Below, piece by piece: positions 44,730 through 54,078 of a stretch of DNA of 64,000 nucleotides. The position numbers were made by a program, and so were the translations under genes. The notes beneath the pieces were generated by a model. The model worked only from the letters and a program-made list of their open reading frames with translations, was not told the origin of the DNA and did no database searches. Origin of the DNA: Prevotellaceae bacterium UBA4359 (GTDB taxonomy: Bacteria > Bacteroidota > Bacteroidia > Bacteroidales > Bacteroidaceae); contig DGSP01000047.1 of assembly GCA_002393555.1 (NCBI GenBank), positions 14,591 through 78,590 of the forward strand, in the 5' to 3' direction. Each line of letters opens with the position of its first letter. The stretch's first letter is position 1.

Positions 44730-47171
44730 ATGAAGTTACGCATGCACATCCATCATTGTTTCGGCATCGCCAGTTTGGCGGTGGCGCTGGTGGTGTGCTA
44801 TGTGTTCCTCTCCTACGTGTGGCACGGGGCCGACCTCGACAGCGCCATAGCCCACAGCGAACGGGTGTTCAGGGTGGAACAGACGGGACCGATGCTGACG
44901 GGCGACCCCTCGTTGCTCACGCCGCAGTTGGCCGAACTCTTCGTGCAGATGCCCCACGTGGAGGCTGTCACCGCCTTTCAGGAGTCAGCCATCGGTGTGG
45001 GCAACAAGGGGTTCACAACCATCTATGGCGAGCGTATGGCCATGCTCGGCCATGTGAGCGATGCCTTGCCGATGGGGCTGTCGGCCTGGGGACTCCACAT
45101 GGTGTGTGGCAGCGACCGCTATGCCAAGGGCGGCACGAGCGGTGTCATCATTCCCGCCTCGGTGGCCCGCCAACTCTACGGCACCGAGCAGGCCGTGGGC
45201 CGTGAACTGCGATGGTACAACCCCAACACCGACCCGGTGCCTGTGGTCGGGGTCTATCGCGACCTGCCCGAAGTGGCGGAGATGCCCAATGCGGTCTATC
45301 ACACCGCCAATTATGCCCGAGGCTCTTCTGGCTCTTGGTGGTTCAAGACCTACATCCGCCTCGACCATCCCGACCACCTGGGCGACGTGGAACGTGCCTT
45401 CCGGCAGCGGCTGGACAGCCTCTGCCGACAAGACCCCATGCTGGCCAACACCTACGATGGGCTGCAACTGAAATACACCGCGTTGCGTCAGTCGGCCAGC
45501 GAGGGCTTCACACTCCGTCTTGGCGATGCAGCGGTCTCGCTTCCCCTCGGCGGGGCTGGCGACTTGGCCCTGTTGCTCGCCTCCTTCGCCGTGCTGCTCA
45601 TGGCAATGTTCAATGCACTGAACATCGGCATGGTGGCCGTGCCGATGCACATGAAGAGCATCAACACGCGTCTGGTGCTGGGCCAGCCAGTGGGGCAGGT
45701 GTGGTGGGCCGTCGTGGCAGGCAGTGTGGGCAGGGCGGCATTGGCATTCCTGCTGGCCGTGGTGGTGCTGCTGGGGCTGTCGCAGATGGACACCCTACAG
45801 ATGGTGGCACCGCAGCCCCTGTCGCTGACCAATGCACTCAACAGCCGGCTCCTCCTCTGGCTGGGTGGCTTCACCCTGCTCGTGGGAGTGGTTTCGGCCC
45901 TCTATCCGGCCTATAGACTCACCCATGTGCCGCTCTCCATGGTCATCCGTGCGCGCTATGCCCTCTCGCCTCGCGGACGCTGGCTGCGCACGCTCACCCT
46001 CGGTCTGCAACTGGCCATGACGAGTGCCATCCTGCTCTTCTTCGGACTCATCGTGTGGCAAAACCGCCATGCCCTCAACACCGATTACGGCTTCGACAAG
46101 GAGCGTCTGCTCTATGCACGGAACTATCATGTGGAGGACGGCGGCACCGACGAGGATTTGCGCTCGGCACTGATGGAGGTGCCAGGTGTGGAGGACGTGA
46201 GTTTCACCGACATGGTGCCGTTTGTGCAGATGCAGACGCTGACGCTGTTTGTCACAGGCCACGTGTATGTCACTCGCCGGACGGCTTCGGAGGGAACATC
46301 TTGGGAAGGCGAAGGATGGAATCTTGGGCGAGTCGATAAGCACTACTTCCGCACGATGGGGATTGACGTGCTGGAAACGGGAGACGCTGACCCGCCTGAG
46401 AAGAGAGAAACCCCCTACCTCGTCTTGCAGCAGCGGGTGGCCGACCAATATCATCAGCAGATTCGGGTGTTGCACCAAGGGCAGAACGCCTTGCTGCATG
46501 TGGACGCTGTGTGCGAAGACCTGCGGCTCAACTCCCTGCGCGAGGCCGACACGCTGGGCATGCGCAACGCCTTCATTGTGGGGCAGCAGGTGGCTTCATC
46601 CTATGTGTATGTGATGGTGCGTGTGGCCGAAGGGGTTGACAAGCAGGCAATGGCCGACACGCTCTTCCGCCGCTATGAGCAGGTGCGGCACTTCGGCCGT
46701 CTTTATTCTCCCGAAGAGGCAGAGCGTCAGTTCCGCTTCCACGACTACGACGAGGTGGTGGAGCGGCTCTATGCCCACGAACTCCGCTTGGCCCGCCAGA
46801 TGCTGGTGCTGGCCGTGAGCAGCATCCTCGTCACGCTCTTGGGGTTGCTCGCTGTGGCGATGGTGGAACGCCGCCACATGCTCCGCAGCATGGCCATCCG
46901 CCGAGTGCTCGGCATGACGACTGCCGAACTCATCCTCATGCAGATGCGCCGCTACGGCCTGCTGCTCCTCGCCGGTGCAGCCCTGGGCATGCCGCTGGCC
47001 TACGTGCTTGCACAGCGCTGGCTCGCCACTTTCTACGACCGAACCGTCATGCCCTGGTGGATGCCGCTCTCGGTGCTGGCCCTGCTGGCTCTCATCGTGG
47101 GGCTGGTCGTCGTGTGGCAAAACCTGCATGCGGCCACGAAAGACTTGACTTTGGCGGTGAAGACCGAATGA
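44730..47171 (+). CDS. ABC transporter permease with duplicated FtsX domains (MacB-like)
   Basis: Start reset to ATG 44730 (MKLRMHIHHCFGIASLAVALVVCYVF); the track start 44574 would read through the repeat and promoter. The layout is two TM - large extracytoplasmic domain - 3-TM FtsX blocks (…LLASFAVLLMAMFNALNI… and …LVLAVSSILVTLLGLLAVAMVERRHMLRSMAIRRVLGMT…). Confidence 0.82.
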   Translation: MKLRMHIHHCFGIASLAVALVVCYVFLSYVWHGADLDSAIAHSERVFRVEQTGPMLTGDPSLLTPQLAELFVQMPHVEAVTAFQESAIGVGNKGFTTIYGERMAMLGHVSDALPMGLSAWGLHMVCGSDRYAKGGTSGVIIPASVARQLYGTEQAVGRELRWYNPNTDPVPVVGVYRDLPEVAEMPNAVYHTANYARGSSGSWWFKTYIRLDHPDHLGDVERAFRQRLDSLCRQDPMLANTYDGLQLKYTALRQSASEGFTLRLGDAAVSLPLGGAGDLALLLASFAVLLMAMFNALNIGMVAVPMHMKSINTRLVLGQPVGQVWWAVVAGSVGRAALAFLLAVVVLLGLSQMDTLQMVAPQPLSLTNALNSRLLLWLGGFTLLVGVVSALYPAYRLTHVPLSMVIRARYALSPRGRWLRTLTLGLQLAMTSAILLFFGLIVWQNRHALNTDYGFDKERLLYARNYHVEDGGTDEDLRSALMEVPGVEDVSFTDMVPFVQMQTLTLFVTGHVYVTRRTASEGTSWEGEGWNLGRVDKHYFRTMGIDVLETGDADPPEKRETPYLVLQQRVADQYHQQIRVLHQGQNALLHVDAVCEDLRLNSLREADTLGMRNAFIVGQQVASSYVYVMVRVAEGVDKQAMADTLFRRYEQVRHFGRLYSPEEAERQFRFHDYDEVVERLYAHELRLARQMLVLAVSSILVTLLGLLAVAMVERRHMLRSMAIRRVLGMTTAELILMQMRRYGLLLLAGAALGMPLAYVLAQRWLATFYDRTVMPWWMPLSVLALLALIVGLVVVWQNLHAATKDLTLAVKTE

Positions 47172-47231
47172 AAATACTTTCTGAAATCCGATGAAGGAAT
47201 CATCGTATAAGATAATGTAGTGTAGTTACTT

Positions 47232-47888
47232 ATGATTCAACTTGAAAACGTCACGAAAAGTTTTCCTCACACGGTGTCGCTGCGCGATGTGTGCCTCGAC
47301 ATTCCCGATGGCGAGTTCCTCTGCATCATGGGGCCTTCGGGGTCGGGCAAGACGACGCTGCTCAACATCGTGGGGCTGCTCGATGCACCCACCGAGGGAC
47401 GCTGCCTGATGGATGGGGTGGATATGTATGCCTTGAGCGAGTCGCAACGTACCACCATGCGCCGCCGCCATCTGGGCTTTGTCTTTCAGTCGTTCAACCT
47501 GATAGACGAACTCACGGTGTGGGAAAATGTGGAACTGCCGCTGAAACTGCTGGGCTATTCGCGCGCCGAGCGCAGGCCACGGGTGGAAGAACTCTTGCGC
47601 CGATTGGGCATCAGCCACCGCATGCTCATGTATCCAGCCGAACTTTCGGGCGGTCAGCAGCAACGGGTGGCTCTGGCCCGTGCCGTGGTGAGCCGTCCGC
47701 GTCTCATCCTGGCCGACGAACCCACGGGCAACCTCGACTCTAAGCAGGGGCAGGAGGTGATGCGACTGCTCACCGACCTGCACCACGACCTCCGCTGCAC
47801 CATCGTGATGGTGACCCACAACCACCGCGATGCTGCCTACGCCGAAAGGGTGGTGGAGTTGCTGGACGGGCGGATTGTGAAGGGGTGA
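47232..47888 (+). CDS. ABC transporter ATP-binding protein (LolD/MacB-type)
   Basis: 218 aa. GPSGSGKTTLLN, LSGGQQQRVALARA, ILADEPTGNLD, VTHN. Confidence 0.92.
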   Translation: MIQLENVTKSFPHTVSLRDVCLDIPDGEFLCIMGPSGSGKTTLLNIVGLLDAPTEGRCLMDGVDMYALSESQRTTMRRRHLGFVFQSFNLIDELTVWENVELPLKLLGYSRAERRPRVEELLRRLGISHRMLMYPAELSGGQQQRVALARAVVSRPRLILADEPTGNLDSKQGQEVMRLLTDLHHDLRCTIVMVTHNHRDAAYAERVVELLDGRIVKG

Positions 47889-47925
47889 AGCGTGAAAAAT
47901 TCTGAGATTTTTCACGCTTCACCCC
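47882..47925 (+). terminator. Intrinsic terminator after the ABC ATPase gene
   Basis: 19-bp perfect stem GGGGTGAAGCGTGAAAAAT / ATTTTTCACGCTTCACCCC with the 6-nt loop TCTGAG. The stem begins inside the last codons. Confidence 0.8.
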
Positions 47926-47946
47926 TTACTTTTCACCTGAAAGGAC

Positions 47947-47954
47947 TATCTTTG
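47947..47954 (+). promoter_or_regulatory. Candidate -7 box for the GH43-like gene
   Basis: TATCTTTG (TAnnTTTG), 34 nt upstream of ATG 47988. No clear -33 element. Confidence 0.35.
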
Positions 47955-47987
47955 CGTCCGAAAACTTAACTAAAACCTGTTTGAACG

Positions 47988-49052
47988 ATGAAGAAAAGTG
48001 TTTTCCTGACGGGCCTGCTGATGCTGGGCTTGTCTTCTTTGAACCTCTCGGCGCAGAACGTGCAGAGGGGCACGTATGGCTATCTCTACTGCCACATGAG
48101 CGACCAGGGCGAGTTTACGGCATACGCCTTGAGCCGCGACGGCCTGCACTACCACGACCTGAACGGGGGCAAGGCCATCATGAATCCCGAGGAGCATGCC
48201 CTCATCGAAGGAGGACAGAGGGATGCATACGTGTGCCGCAGGTCGGACAGGAAGAAGGGCTATCTGATGGTGACCACGGATATGTGTAACCGCAAGAGCC
48301 GCTCGTGGTTCAACTATGGCATCAACCTCCTGACGAGTGATGACCTCATCCACTGGACTTCGAAGACGTTTGACTTCCGCAAGGGAAACGAGATTTTCTG
48401 CGACCCTGAAAGTCCCGACGTGGTGGCTGACTGGACGAAGATTAACCGTGTGTGGGCTCCGCAGATTTTCTGGAACCCTGACCATGTGTGGCCCAACGGT
48501 GAGAAGGGCGGCTACATGATTTACTATTCCATCTGGAGCAGCAACGAGGGGGACAAGTATGACCGCATGGTGTATAGTTATGCGGACAAGACGTTCACGA
48601 AGTTGACCAAGCCGCGTGTCCTCTTCGATTGGGGCTATGCCACGATTGATGCCGACATTAACTACTTGGAGAGTGACGGAAAGTATCACATGCTCATTAA
48701 GAAGGAGGGAGGTCATCCGGGCATATTCCAGACGGTGGCTGACCAACTGACGGGGCCTTGGCCTGAGCCAGACGAGAAGGACTTTGTGAGTTTTGAGGGA
48801 AAGAAGAAGTGCGAGGGAAGCAGTGCCTTTCAGATTGTGGGCGAGAAAGGTTGGCGTGTGGCTTACATCCAGTATAGCGACCGCCCGAAGCACTACCGCA
48901 TTTGCCAGACGGATGAGTTTCTGAAGGGCTTCCACGACCCTGTCGATATCGAGGGTGTGACCGGGCCTCAGCACGGAAGTTTCATGCGCCTGACCAAGAA
49001 GGAATATAAGAGATTGGAGAAACTTACCCTCTCCCCAACCCTCCCCCTGTAA
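47988..49052 (+). CDS. Secreted GH43-like five-bladed beta-propeller glycoside hydrolase
   Basis: 354 aa with signal peptide MKKSVFLTGLLMLGLSSLNLSAQ. Candidate catalytic motifs: RDAYVCR, WAPQIFW, ATIDADINY, CEGSSAFQI. The last 9 codons and the stop lie inside a C-rich repeat element. Confidence 0.65.
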   Translation: MKKSVFLTGLLMLGLSSLNLSAQNVQRGTYGYLYCHMSDQGEFTAYALSRDGLHYHDLNGGKAIMNPEEHALIEGGQRDAYVCRRSDRKKGYLMVTTDMCNRKSRSWFNYGINLLTSDDLIHWTSKTFDFRKGNEIFCDPESPDVVADWTKINRVWAPQIFWNPDHVWPNGEKGGYMIYYSIWSSNEGDKYDRMVYSYADKTFTKLTKPRVLFDWGYATIDADINYLESDGKYHMLIKKEGGHPGIFQTVADQLTGPWPEPDEKDFVSFEGKKKCEGSSAFQIVGEKGWRVAYIQYSDRPKHYRICQTDEFLKGFHDPVDIEGVTGPQHGSFMRLTKKEYKRLEKLTLSPTLPL

Positions 49053-49111
49053 TGGGGAGGGAGACCATCCGGATGGAGTCCTCCCCCTCACAGGGGGAGT
49101 TGGAGAGGGTA
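49025..49111. repeat. C-rich/G-rich nested hairpin element between convergent genes (probable bidirectional terminator)
   Basis: The outer stem is TACCCTCTCC (49025-49034) / GGAGAGGGTA (49102-49111). Inner hairpin 1 is CCCTCCCC (49039-49046) / GGGGAGGG (49054-49061). Inner hairpin 2 is CTCCCCCT (49081-49088) / AGGGGGAG (49092-49099). Confidence 0.75.
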
Positions 49112-49114
49112 TAC

Positions 49115-51295
49115 TTAACTGATGGCTCCCCAGTTGATGTTGCTCTTGCGGAGTTCGCGGAGGCGACGCCAGAGGATGTCGTTCTGTGGATTGCGCTCTT
49201 CGGGGTCGGAGGTGATGACGGCTTGGGCGGTGTCGCGGGCAAGGGTGAGGATTTGGCCGTCGCGGGCAAGGTTGGCTATCTTGAGGTCGAAGGCCATGCC
49301 CGACTGTTGGGTGCCTTCGAGGTCGCCGGGGCCTCGGAGTTTGAGGTCTTGTTCGGCTATTTCGAAGCCATCGGTGGTATCGACCATGACTTGGATGCGC
49401 TTGCGGGTGGTTTCGCCTATCTCAAACTTGGTGACGAGCACACAGTAACTCTGGTCGGCTCCCCGACCCACTCGACCGCGCAACTGATGCAACTGGCTGA
49501 GACCGAAGCGTTCGGCATTCTCGATAATCATGACGGAGGCGTTGGGCACGTTCACGCCTACTTCTATCACGGTGGTAGAAACGAGGATGTGGGTTTCGTG
49601 GTTGGCGAAACGCTGCATTTCCGCATCCTTGTCGGCTGGCTTCATCTTGCCGTGCACCTTGCTCACCTTGTAGGTGGGGAAGGCTTTCTGTATTTCCTCA
49701 AATCCTGCTTCGAGGTCTTTGAGGTCGAGTTTCTCGGTTTCTTTGATGAGGGGATAGACGATGTAGATTTGTCGTCCCAGTTGCAGTTCGCGGTGCATGA
49801 GTTGGTAGATGCGTGGACGGTGGGCATCGAACATGTGGACGGTGCGGATGGGTTTGCGGCCTGGGGGCAGTTCGTCGATGATGGAGACATCGAGGTCGCC
49901 GTAGAGGGTCATGGCGAGTGTGCGCGGAATGGGTGTGGCGGTCATGACCAGCACGTGGGGTGGCACGTTGTTCTTCATCCAGAGTTTGGCACGTTGTGCC
50001 ACACCGAAACGGTGCTGCTCGTCGATGACTACCAGCCCTAACTTGTTGAAAAGCACGTTGTCTTCAATCACGGCATGGGTGCCTACGAGGATGTGGATGT
50101 CGCCTCTCACCAGCCCTTCGAGTACGGCTGTTCGTTTCTTCCCCTTCACCGACCCCGTCAGAAGTTCCACCTTGACAGGCAGGTCGCCTAAGAATGCTCG
50201 GAGGGTGGCCAGATGCTGCTCTGCCAGAATCTCTGTGGGAGCCATGATGCAAGCCTGGCAACCGTTGTCGATGGCGATGAGGGACACCATCAGTGCCACC
50301 AGCGTCTTGCCGCTGCCCACATCGCCTTGGAGGAGGCGGTTCATCTGTCGGCCAGACTTCATGTCGGCACGAATCTCGCGGATGACTCGCTTCTGGGCGT
50401 TGGTCAGTTCGAAGGGCAGGTGGTTGAAATAGAAGCCGTTGAAGTGTTCTCCAATCGTGTTGAACATGATGCCCCGGTAGCGCAACTGACGGTCTTTTAC
50501 ATAGCGAAGGATGTTCAGTTGCACATAGAAAAGTTCCTCAAACTTCAGCCTGAGTTGTGCGTGGCGCAGGGCTTCGGGCGAGGACGGATAGTGGATGTTG
50601 CGCACGGCATCGTCGTAGGGCATCAGGTGGTGCTGCTGGGTGATGTAGGGGGGGAGAGTCTCGGCCAACGGCTCCTTGAGAAGTTTGAACATGTTGGCGG
50701 TGAGTTTGGCCATGGCGGCGGAGGTGAGTCCGCTGCGCTTCATCTTCTCTGAGGTGTTGTAACTGGGGCAGAGTCCCTTGAAGACAGTGGGTTGCGCTTC
50801 CAGTTCCGTACCTTGCAGATTGGGGTTTTGTGCCGTCGGTTCAAAGAGGTTGCCCGTGGTGCGAGCCTGTTCCATGAGTTGCTCAGGTGCTTTCTCTATC
50901 TCAGGATGCGCTATCTGAATACGCCCGTTGAAGACTGCTGGCTTGCCAAAAACAACATAAGGCTTTCGGCAGTCGTAGTTCTGTGCCGCATACTTGATGC
51001 CCTGAAACCAAATGAGGTCGATGCTGCCCGTGCCGTCTGAAAAGTGGGCGATAAGCCGTTTGTTGCGGCCTTCTCCCATCGTGTCGAACGAGAAAATCTG
51101 TCCGCACAGTTGCACGTAGGGCATCGTGCCGTCGATGTCGCGAATCTTGTAGATGCGGCTCCTATCTACATATTTATAAGGATAATAGGCCAAGAGGTCG
51201 CCCACGGTGGTGATGCCGAGTTCGCTTTGGAGCAGCAAGGCGCGGTTGGGTCCCACTCCTTGCAGGTACTTGATGTCTTGGCTCAGGATGTTCAT
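49115..51295 (-). CDS. recG: ATP-dependent DNA helicase RecG
   Basis: 726 aa. Wedge domain N-terminus, helicase motifs GDVGSGKT, VIDEQHRFG, MTATPIPRT, QLRGRVGRG. Confidence 0.95.
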   Translation of the reverse strand: MNILSQDIKYLQGVGPNRALLLQSELGITTVGDLLAYYPYKYVDRSRIYKIRDIDGTMPYVQLCGQIFSFDTMGEGRNKRLIAHFSDGTGSIDLIWFQGIKYAAQNYDCRKPYVVFGKPAVFNGRIQIAHPEIEKAPEQLMEQARTTGNLFEPTAQNPNLQGTELEAQPTVFKGLCPSYNTSEKMKRSGLTSAAMAKLTANMFKLLKEPLAETLPPYITQQHHLMPYDDAVRNIHYPSSPEALRHAQLRLKFEELFYVQLNILRYVKDRQLRYRGIMFNTIGEHFNGFYFNHLPFELTNAQKRVIREIRADMKSGRQMNRLLQGDVGSGKTLVALMVSLIAIDNGCQACIMAPTEILAEQHLATLRAFLGDLPVKVELLTGSVKGKKRTAVLEGLVRGDIHILVGTHAVIEDNVLFNKLGLVVIDEQHRFGVAQRAKLWMKNNVPPHVLVMTATPIPRTLAMTLYGDLDVSIIDELPPGRKPIRTVHMFDAHRPRIYQLMHRELQLGRQIYIVYPLIKETEKLDLKDLEAGFEEIQKAFPTYKVSKVHGKMKPADKDAEMQRFANHETHILVSTTVIEVGVNVPNASVMIIENAERFGLSQLHQLRGRVGRGADQSYCVLVTKFEIGETTRKRIQVMVDTTDGFEIAEQDLKLRGPGDLEGTQQSGMAFDLKIANLARDGQILTLARDTAQAVITSDPEERNPQNDILWRRLRELRKSNINWGAIS

Positions 51296-53430
51296 TTCAT
51301 TACCACTCTGTCGCCCAGCATCTTGGCCAGTTGGCGCTGTAGTTCGCCCAGTTCCTTGATGCGGCGTATGGTTTCGAGAGTCTTGTTGATGTCGGCTTTC
51401 ACCTCGGGACGGGTGAGGTCAGAGTTGCATTGCTTGACTTCTTCTTCCACAATGGCGTTCTTGTAGTCGAGCAGGAGGCGGGAGATGTAGGTGGTTTTGA
51501 GTTCTTCCTCGGTCTGCTCCATCTGGTTGCCCGAACTGAGTTGGTAGCGGTCGCTGACGAGGTCTGCGGCTTCGCGGCTGATGGCTTCGTCTTGGTTGTT
51601 GAGCAAAAATTTGGAGGCGGTGAAACCTTCATCGTGGATGTGTTGGCAGGTGAGGGCGAGCATCTTGGCATAGAGGGGGGAGCGGAGGGCGATGCCGTCG
51701 TAGGCGAGGTCGCTCTGCACGTATTCAGCCAAGGTGGTCTGTGTTTGCTCTCCGTCGGCATTTTCGCCGTCGATGAGTTGTTCGCCATAGCGTGTGACGA
51801 GGGTCATCATCAGTCTCTCGATGCCGATGAAGCGTTGCTCGGCCTGGTTTTGGCGAGTGATGATGGTGGAGGCGGAGAGGGGTGAACCGTCTCCTGCTGG
51901 TGGAAGGGCTTCGGAGGGGGGGATGTCGTCGGGGATGGGGGGAAGGGAAGAATCGGAGGAGAGAGTGGAGACGGGTGAACCGTCTCCTGCAAGTGGGGAG
52001 GAAGGAATGGAGTCAGATGGGGAGGGGGAAGAGGGGGATGTGGCGGCTGCTTGTTCGGCACCCAGCAAGCGGGCTTGTCGTTCGCGTTCGCGCTGTGCCT
52101 CCTTCTTCATGTTTTCGAGAATTTCGGCACGGTTCTTGTTGGCTCCACGCATGAGGATGGCTTCGTCCATACCGAGGATTTCGGCACATTCGTGTACGTA
52201 GGTGGAACGGATGATTTCGTCGGGGATGACAGCGATGCTCCTGATGATTTCCTCTGTGAGTTTGGCGCGCTTGATGGGGTCGCGCTCTGCATCTTTCAGC
52301 AGGAGGTTGGTCTTGAAGAGGATGAAGTCTGTCTGATGGGCAGAGACGTAGTCCTTGAATTCCTGTGCGTTATGCTTGCGCGAGAAACTGTCGGGGTCGT
52401 CGCCATCGGGCAAAAGGAGGATTTTCACGTTCATGCCTTCGGCCAGGAGCATGTCGGTGCTGCGTGTGGCTGCGTGGATGCCTGCCTCGTCGCCATCGTA
52501 GAGGAGGGTGATGTTGTTGGTGAAACGGTGAAGGAGGTGAATCTGTGCTTCGTTGAGGGCTGTGCCGGAGTTGGCCACGACGTTTTCGATGCCACATTGG
52601 TGCATGGCGAGTACGTCGGTGTAGCCTTCGACCATATAGACCATGTCCTCTTTGGCTATCTGCTTCTTGGCCTGAAAAATGCCGTAGAGTTCGTTGGCTT
52701 TGTGGTAGATGAGGGAGTCGGGGGAGTTGACATATTTCTGATTGACTCCTTTGGTGCGGGCATCGAGCACACGGCCTCCGAAGGCTACGACCTTGCCGTT
52801 GACGGCCACCCATGGGAACATGGCTCGTCCACGGAAGCGGTCGTAGATGGTACCGTTGTCGCGCTTGACGCAGAGGCCTGTATCGACCAGATATTTCTCG
52901 TTATATCCCTTTGCCTTGGCTTCGTCCGACATGGCTGTGGGGCGGTCGAGGCAGAAGCCGAGGCGGAACTTGGCGATGATGTCGTCGCGGAAACCACGGC
53001 TGCGGAAGTAGGCCAGGCCGATGGCACGTCCGTCCTGATGGTTCATCATGGTCTGGCTGAAGTACTTGGCGGCCCATTCGTTGACGGCGAACATGCTTTC
53101 ACGCTCGTTCATCCGCTGCCGCTGTTCGTCGGTCATCTCTTCTTCCTCCACTTCGATGCCGTATTTCTTGGCCAGATGTTTCAGTGCTTCGACATAACTC
53201 ATCTGCTCCATCTCCATGATGAAGTGGACTGCATTGCCTCCCTTGCCGCAACTGAAGCACTTGCACACCCCACGGGCTGGGGAGACGGAGAAGGAGGGAG
53301 TTTTGTCGTCGTGGAATGGACACAATCCCTTGTAACTTGCGCCAGCGCGGCGAAGTGTGACATAGTCGGAGACAACGTCAACGATGTTGGCGGCATCTAC
53401 GATTCGGTCGATGGTGGATTGTGGTATCAT
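51292..53430 (-). CDS. dnaG: DNA primase with Ser/Pro-rich inserted linker
   Basis: 712 aa. Zinc-binding CPFHDDKTPSFSVSPARGVCKCFSCGKGG, TOPRIM (VEGYTDV, YDGDEAG). Its stop overlaps the recG start (ATGA). Confidence 0.95.
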   Translation of the reverse strand: MIPQSTIDRIVDAANIVDVVSDYVTLRRAGASYKGLCPFHDDKTPSFSVSPARGVCKCFSCGKGGNAVHFIMEMEQMSYVEALKHLAKKYGIEVEEEEMTDEQRQRMNERESMFAVNEWAAKYFSQTMMNHQDGRAIGLAYFRSRGFRDDIIAKFRLGFCLDRPTAMSDEAKAKGYNEKYLVDTGLCVKRDNGTIYDRFRGRAMFPWVAVNGKVVAFGGRVLDARTKGVNQKYVNSPDSLIYHKANELYGIFQAKKQIAKEDMVYMVEGYTDVLAMHQCGIENVVANSGTALNEAQIHLLHRFTNNITLLYDGDEAGIHAATRSTDMLLAEGMNVKILLLPDGDDPDSFSRKHNAQEFKDYVSAHQTDFILFKTNLLLKDAERDPIKRAKLTEEIIRSIAVIPDEIIRSTYVHECAEILGMDEAILMRGANKNRAEILENMKKEAQRERERQARLLGAEQAAATSPSSPSPSDSIPSSPLAGDGSPVSTLSSDSSLPPIPDDIPPSEALPPAGDGSPLSASTIITRQNQAEQRFIGIERLMMTLVTRYGEQLIDGENADGEQTQTTLAEYVQSDLAYDGIALRSPLYAKMLALTCQHIHDEGFTASKFLLNNQDEAISREAADLVSDRYQLSSGNQMEQTEEELKTTYISRLLLDYKNAIVEEEVKQCNSDLTRPEVKADINKTLETIRRIKELGELQRQLAKMLGDRVVMK

Positions 53431-53497
53431 GGGAATTAGGAGTGAGGAATTAGGAGTGAGGAGTTGTCATGCGGCTTGCAAGCATCGTAGCCAACTC

Positions 53498-54064
53498 CTA
53501 ATTCCTGATTAGACTTAAGAATTCCTTGCGTTTCTCGATGTTCTCGAAAACGCCGGTATAGTACATGGTTGTGGTGCTGGAACCCTGTTTTTCGATGCCG
53601 CGCATCTGGATGCACAAATGCTGTGCCTCTATCACCACGATGGCTCCGAGGGGGTTGAGTGCCTGCTGCAGACAGTCGCAGATTTGCTTGGTCAGATGCT
53701 CCTGCACTTGCAGTCGGTGGGAAAATATATCGACCATGCGTGGTATCTTGCTCAGGCCCACAATGTTGCCATTGGGGATGTAGGCCACATGAACCTTTCC
53801 GAAGAAGGGGAGGATGTGGTGTTCGCAGAGGGAGTAGAACTCAATGCCTTTCACCACCACCATCTGGTCGTAGTCCTCTTGGAACATGGCCGACTTGAGT
53901 GTGGCCACGGGATCCATCGCATAGCCTCGGGTGAGTTCGAGGAAGGTGCGGGCCATGCGTTCGGGTGTCTTTGCCAGCCCTTCCCGTTGCGGGTCTTCCC
54001 CTATCACTTCAAGGTTCTTGATGCAGTTCTCTTTCAGTATCTCTATCTGTTCTTCTCTGTTCAT
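53498..54064 (-). CDS. folE: GTP cyclohydrolase I
   Basis: 188 aa. [20 protein letters not shown] and HLCIQMRG motifs. Confidence 0.95.
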   Translation of the reverse strand: MNREEQIEILKENCIKNLEVIGEDPQREGLAKTPERMARTFLELTRGYAMDPVATLKSAMFQEDYDQMVVVKGIEFYSLCEHHILPFFGKVHVAYIPNGNIVGLSKIPRMVDIFSHRLQVQEHLTKQICDCLQQALNPLGAIVVIEAQHLCIQMRGIEKQGSSTTTMYYTGVFENIEKRKEFLSLIRN

Positions 54065-54078
54065 TTCTGCTGTTTAGG

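Noticed and set aside
47226-47915. 229-aa antisense ORF opposite the ABC ATPase, and the 373-aa ORF 47970-49091 opposite the GH43-like gene
   Set aside because: The sense strands carry Walker/signature motifs or GH43-like motifs plus a signal peptide. The PLQGEGWGEG-type peptide at the start of 47970-49091 is simply the translated hairpin element.
49052-50041. 329-aa antisense ORF opposite recG (also 52051-53439 opposite dnaG, 59499-60545 opposite xseA, 62026-63207 opposite pepP)
   Set aside because: These are shadow ORFs opposite unambiguous housekeeping genes.
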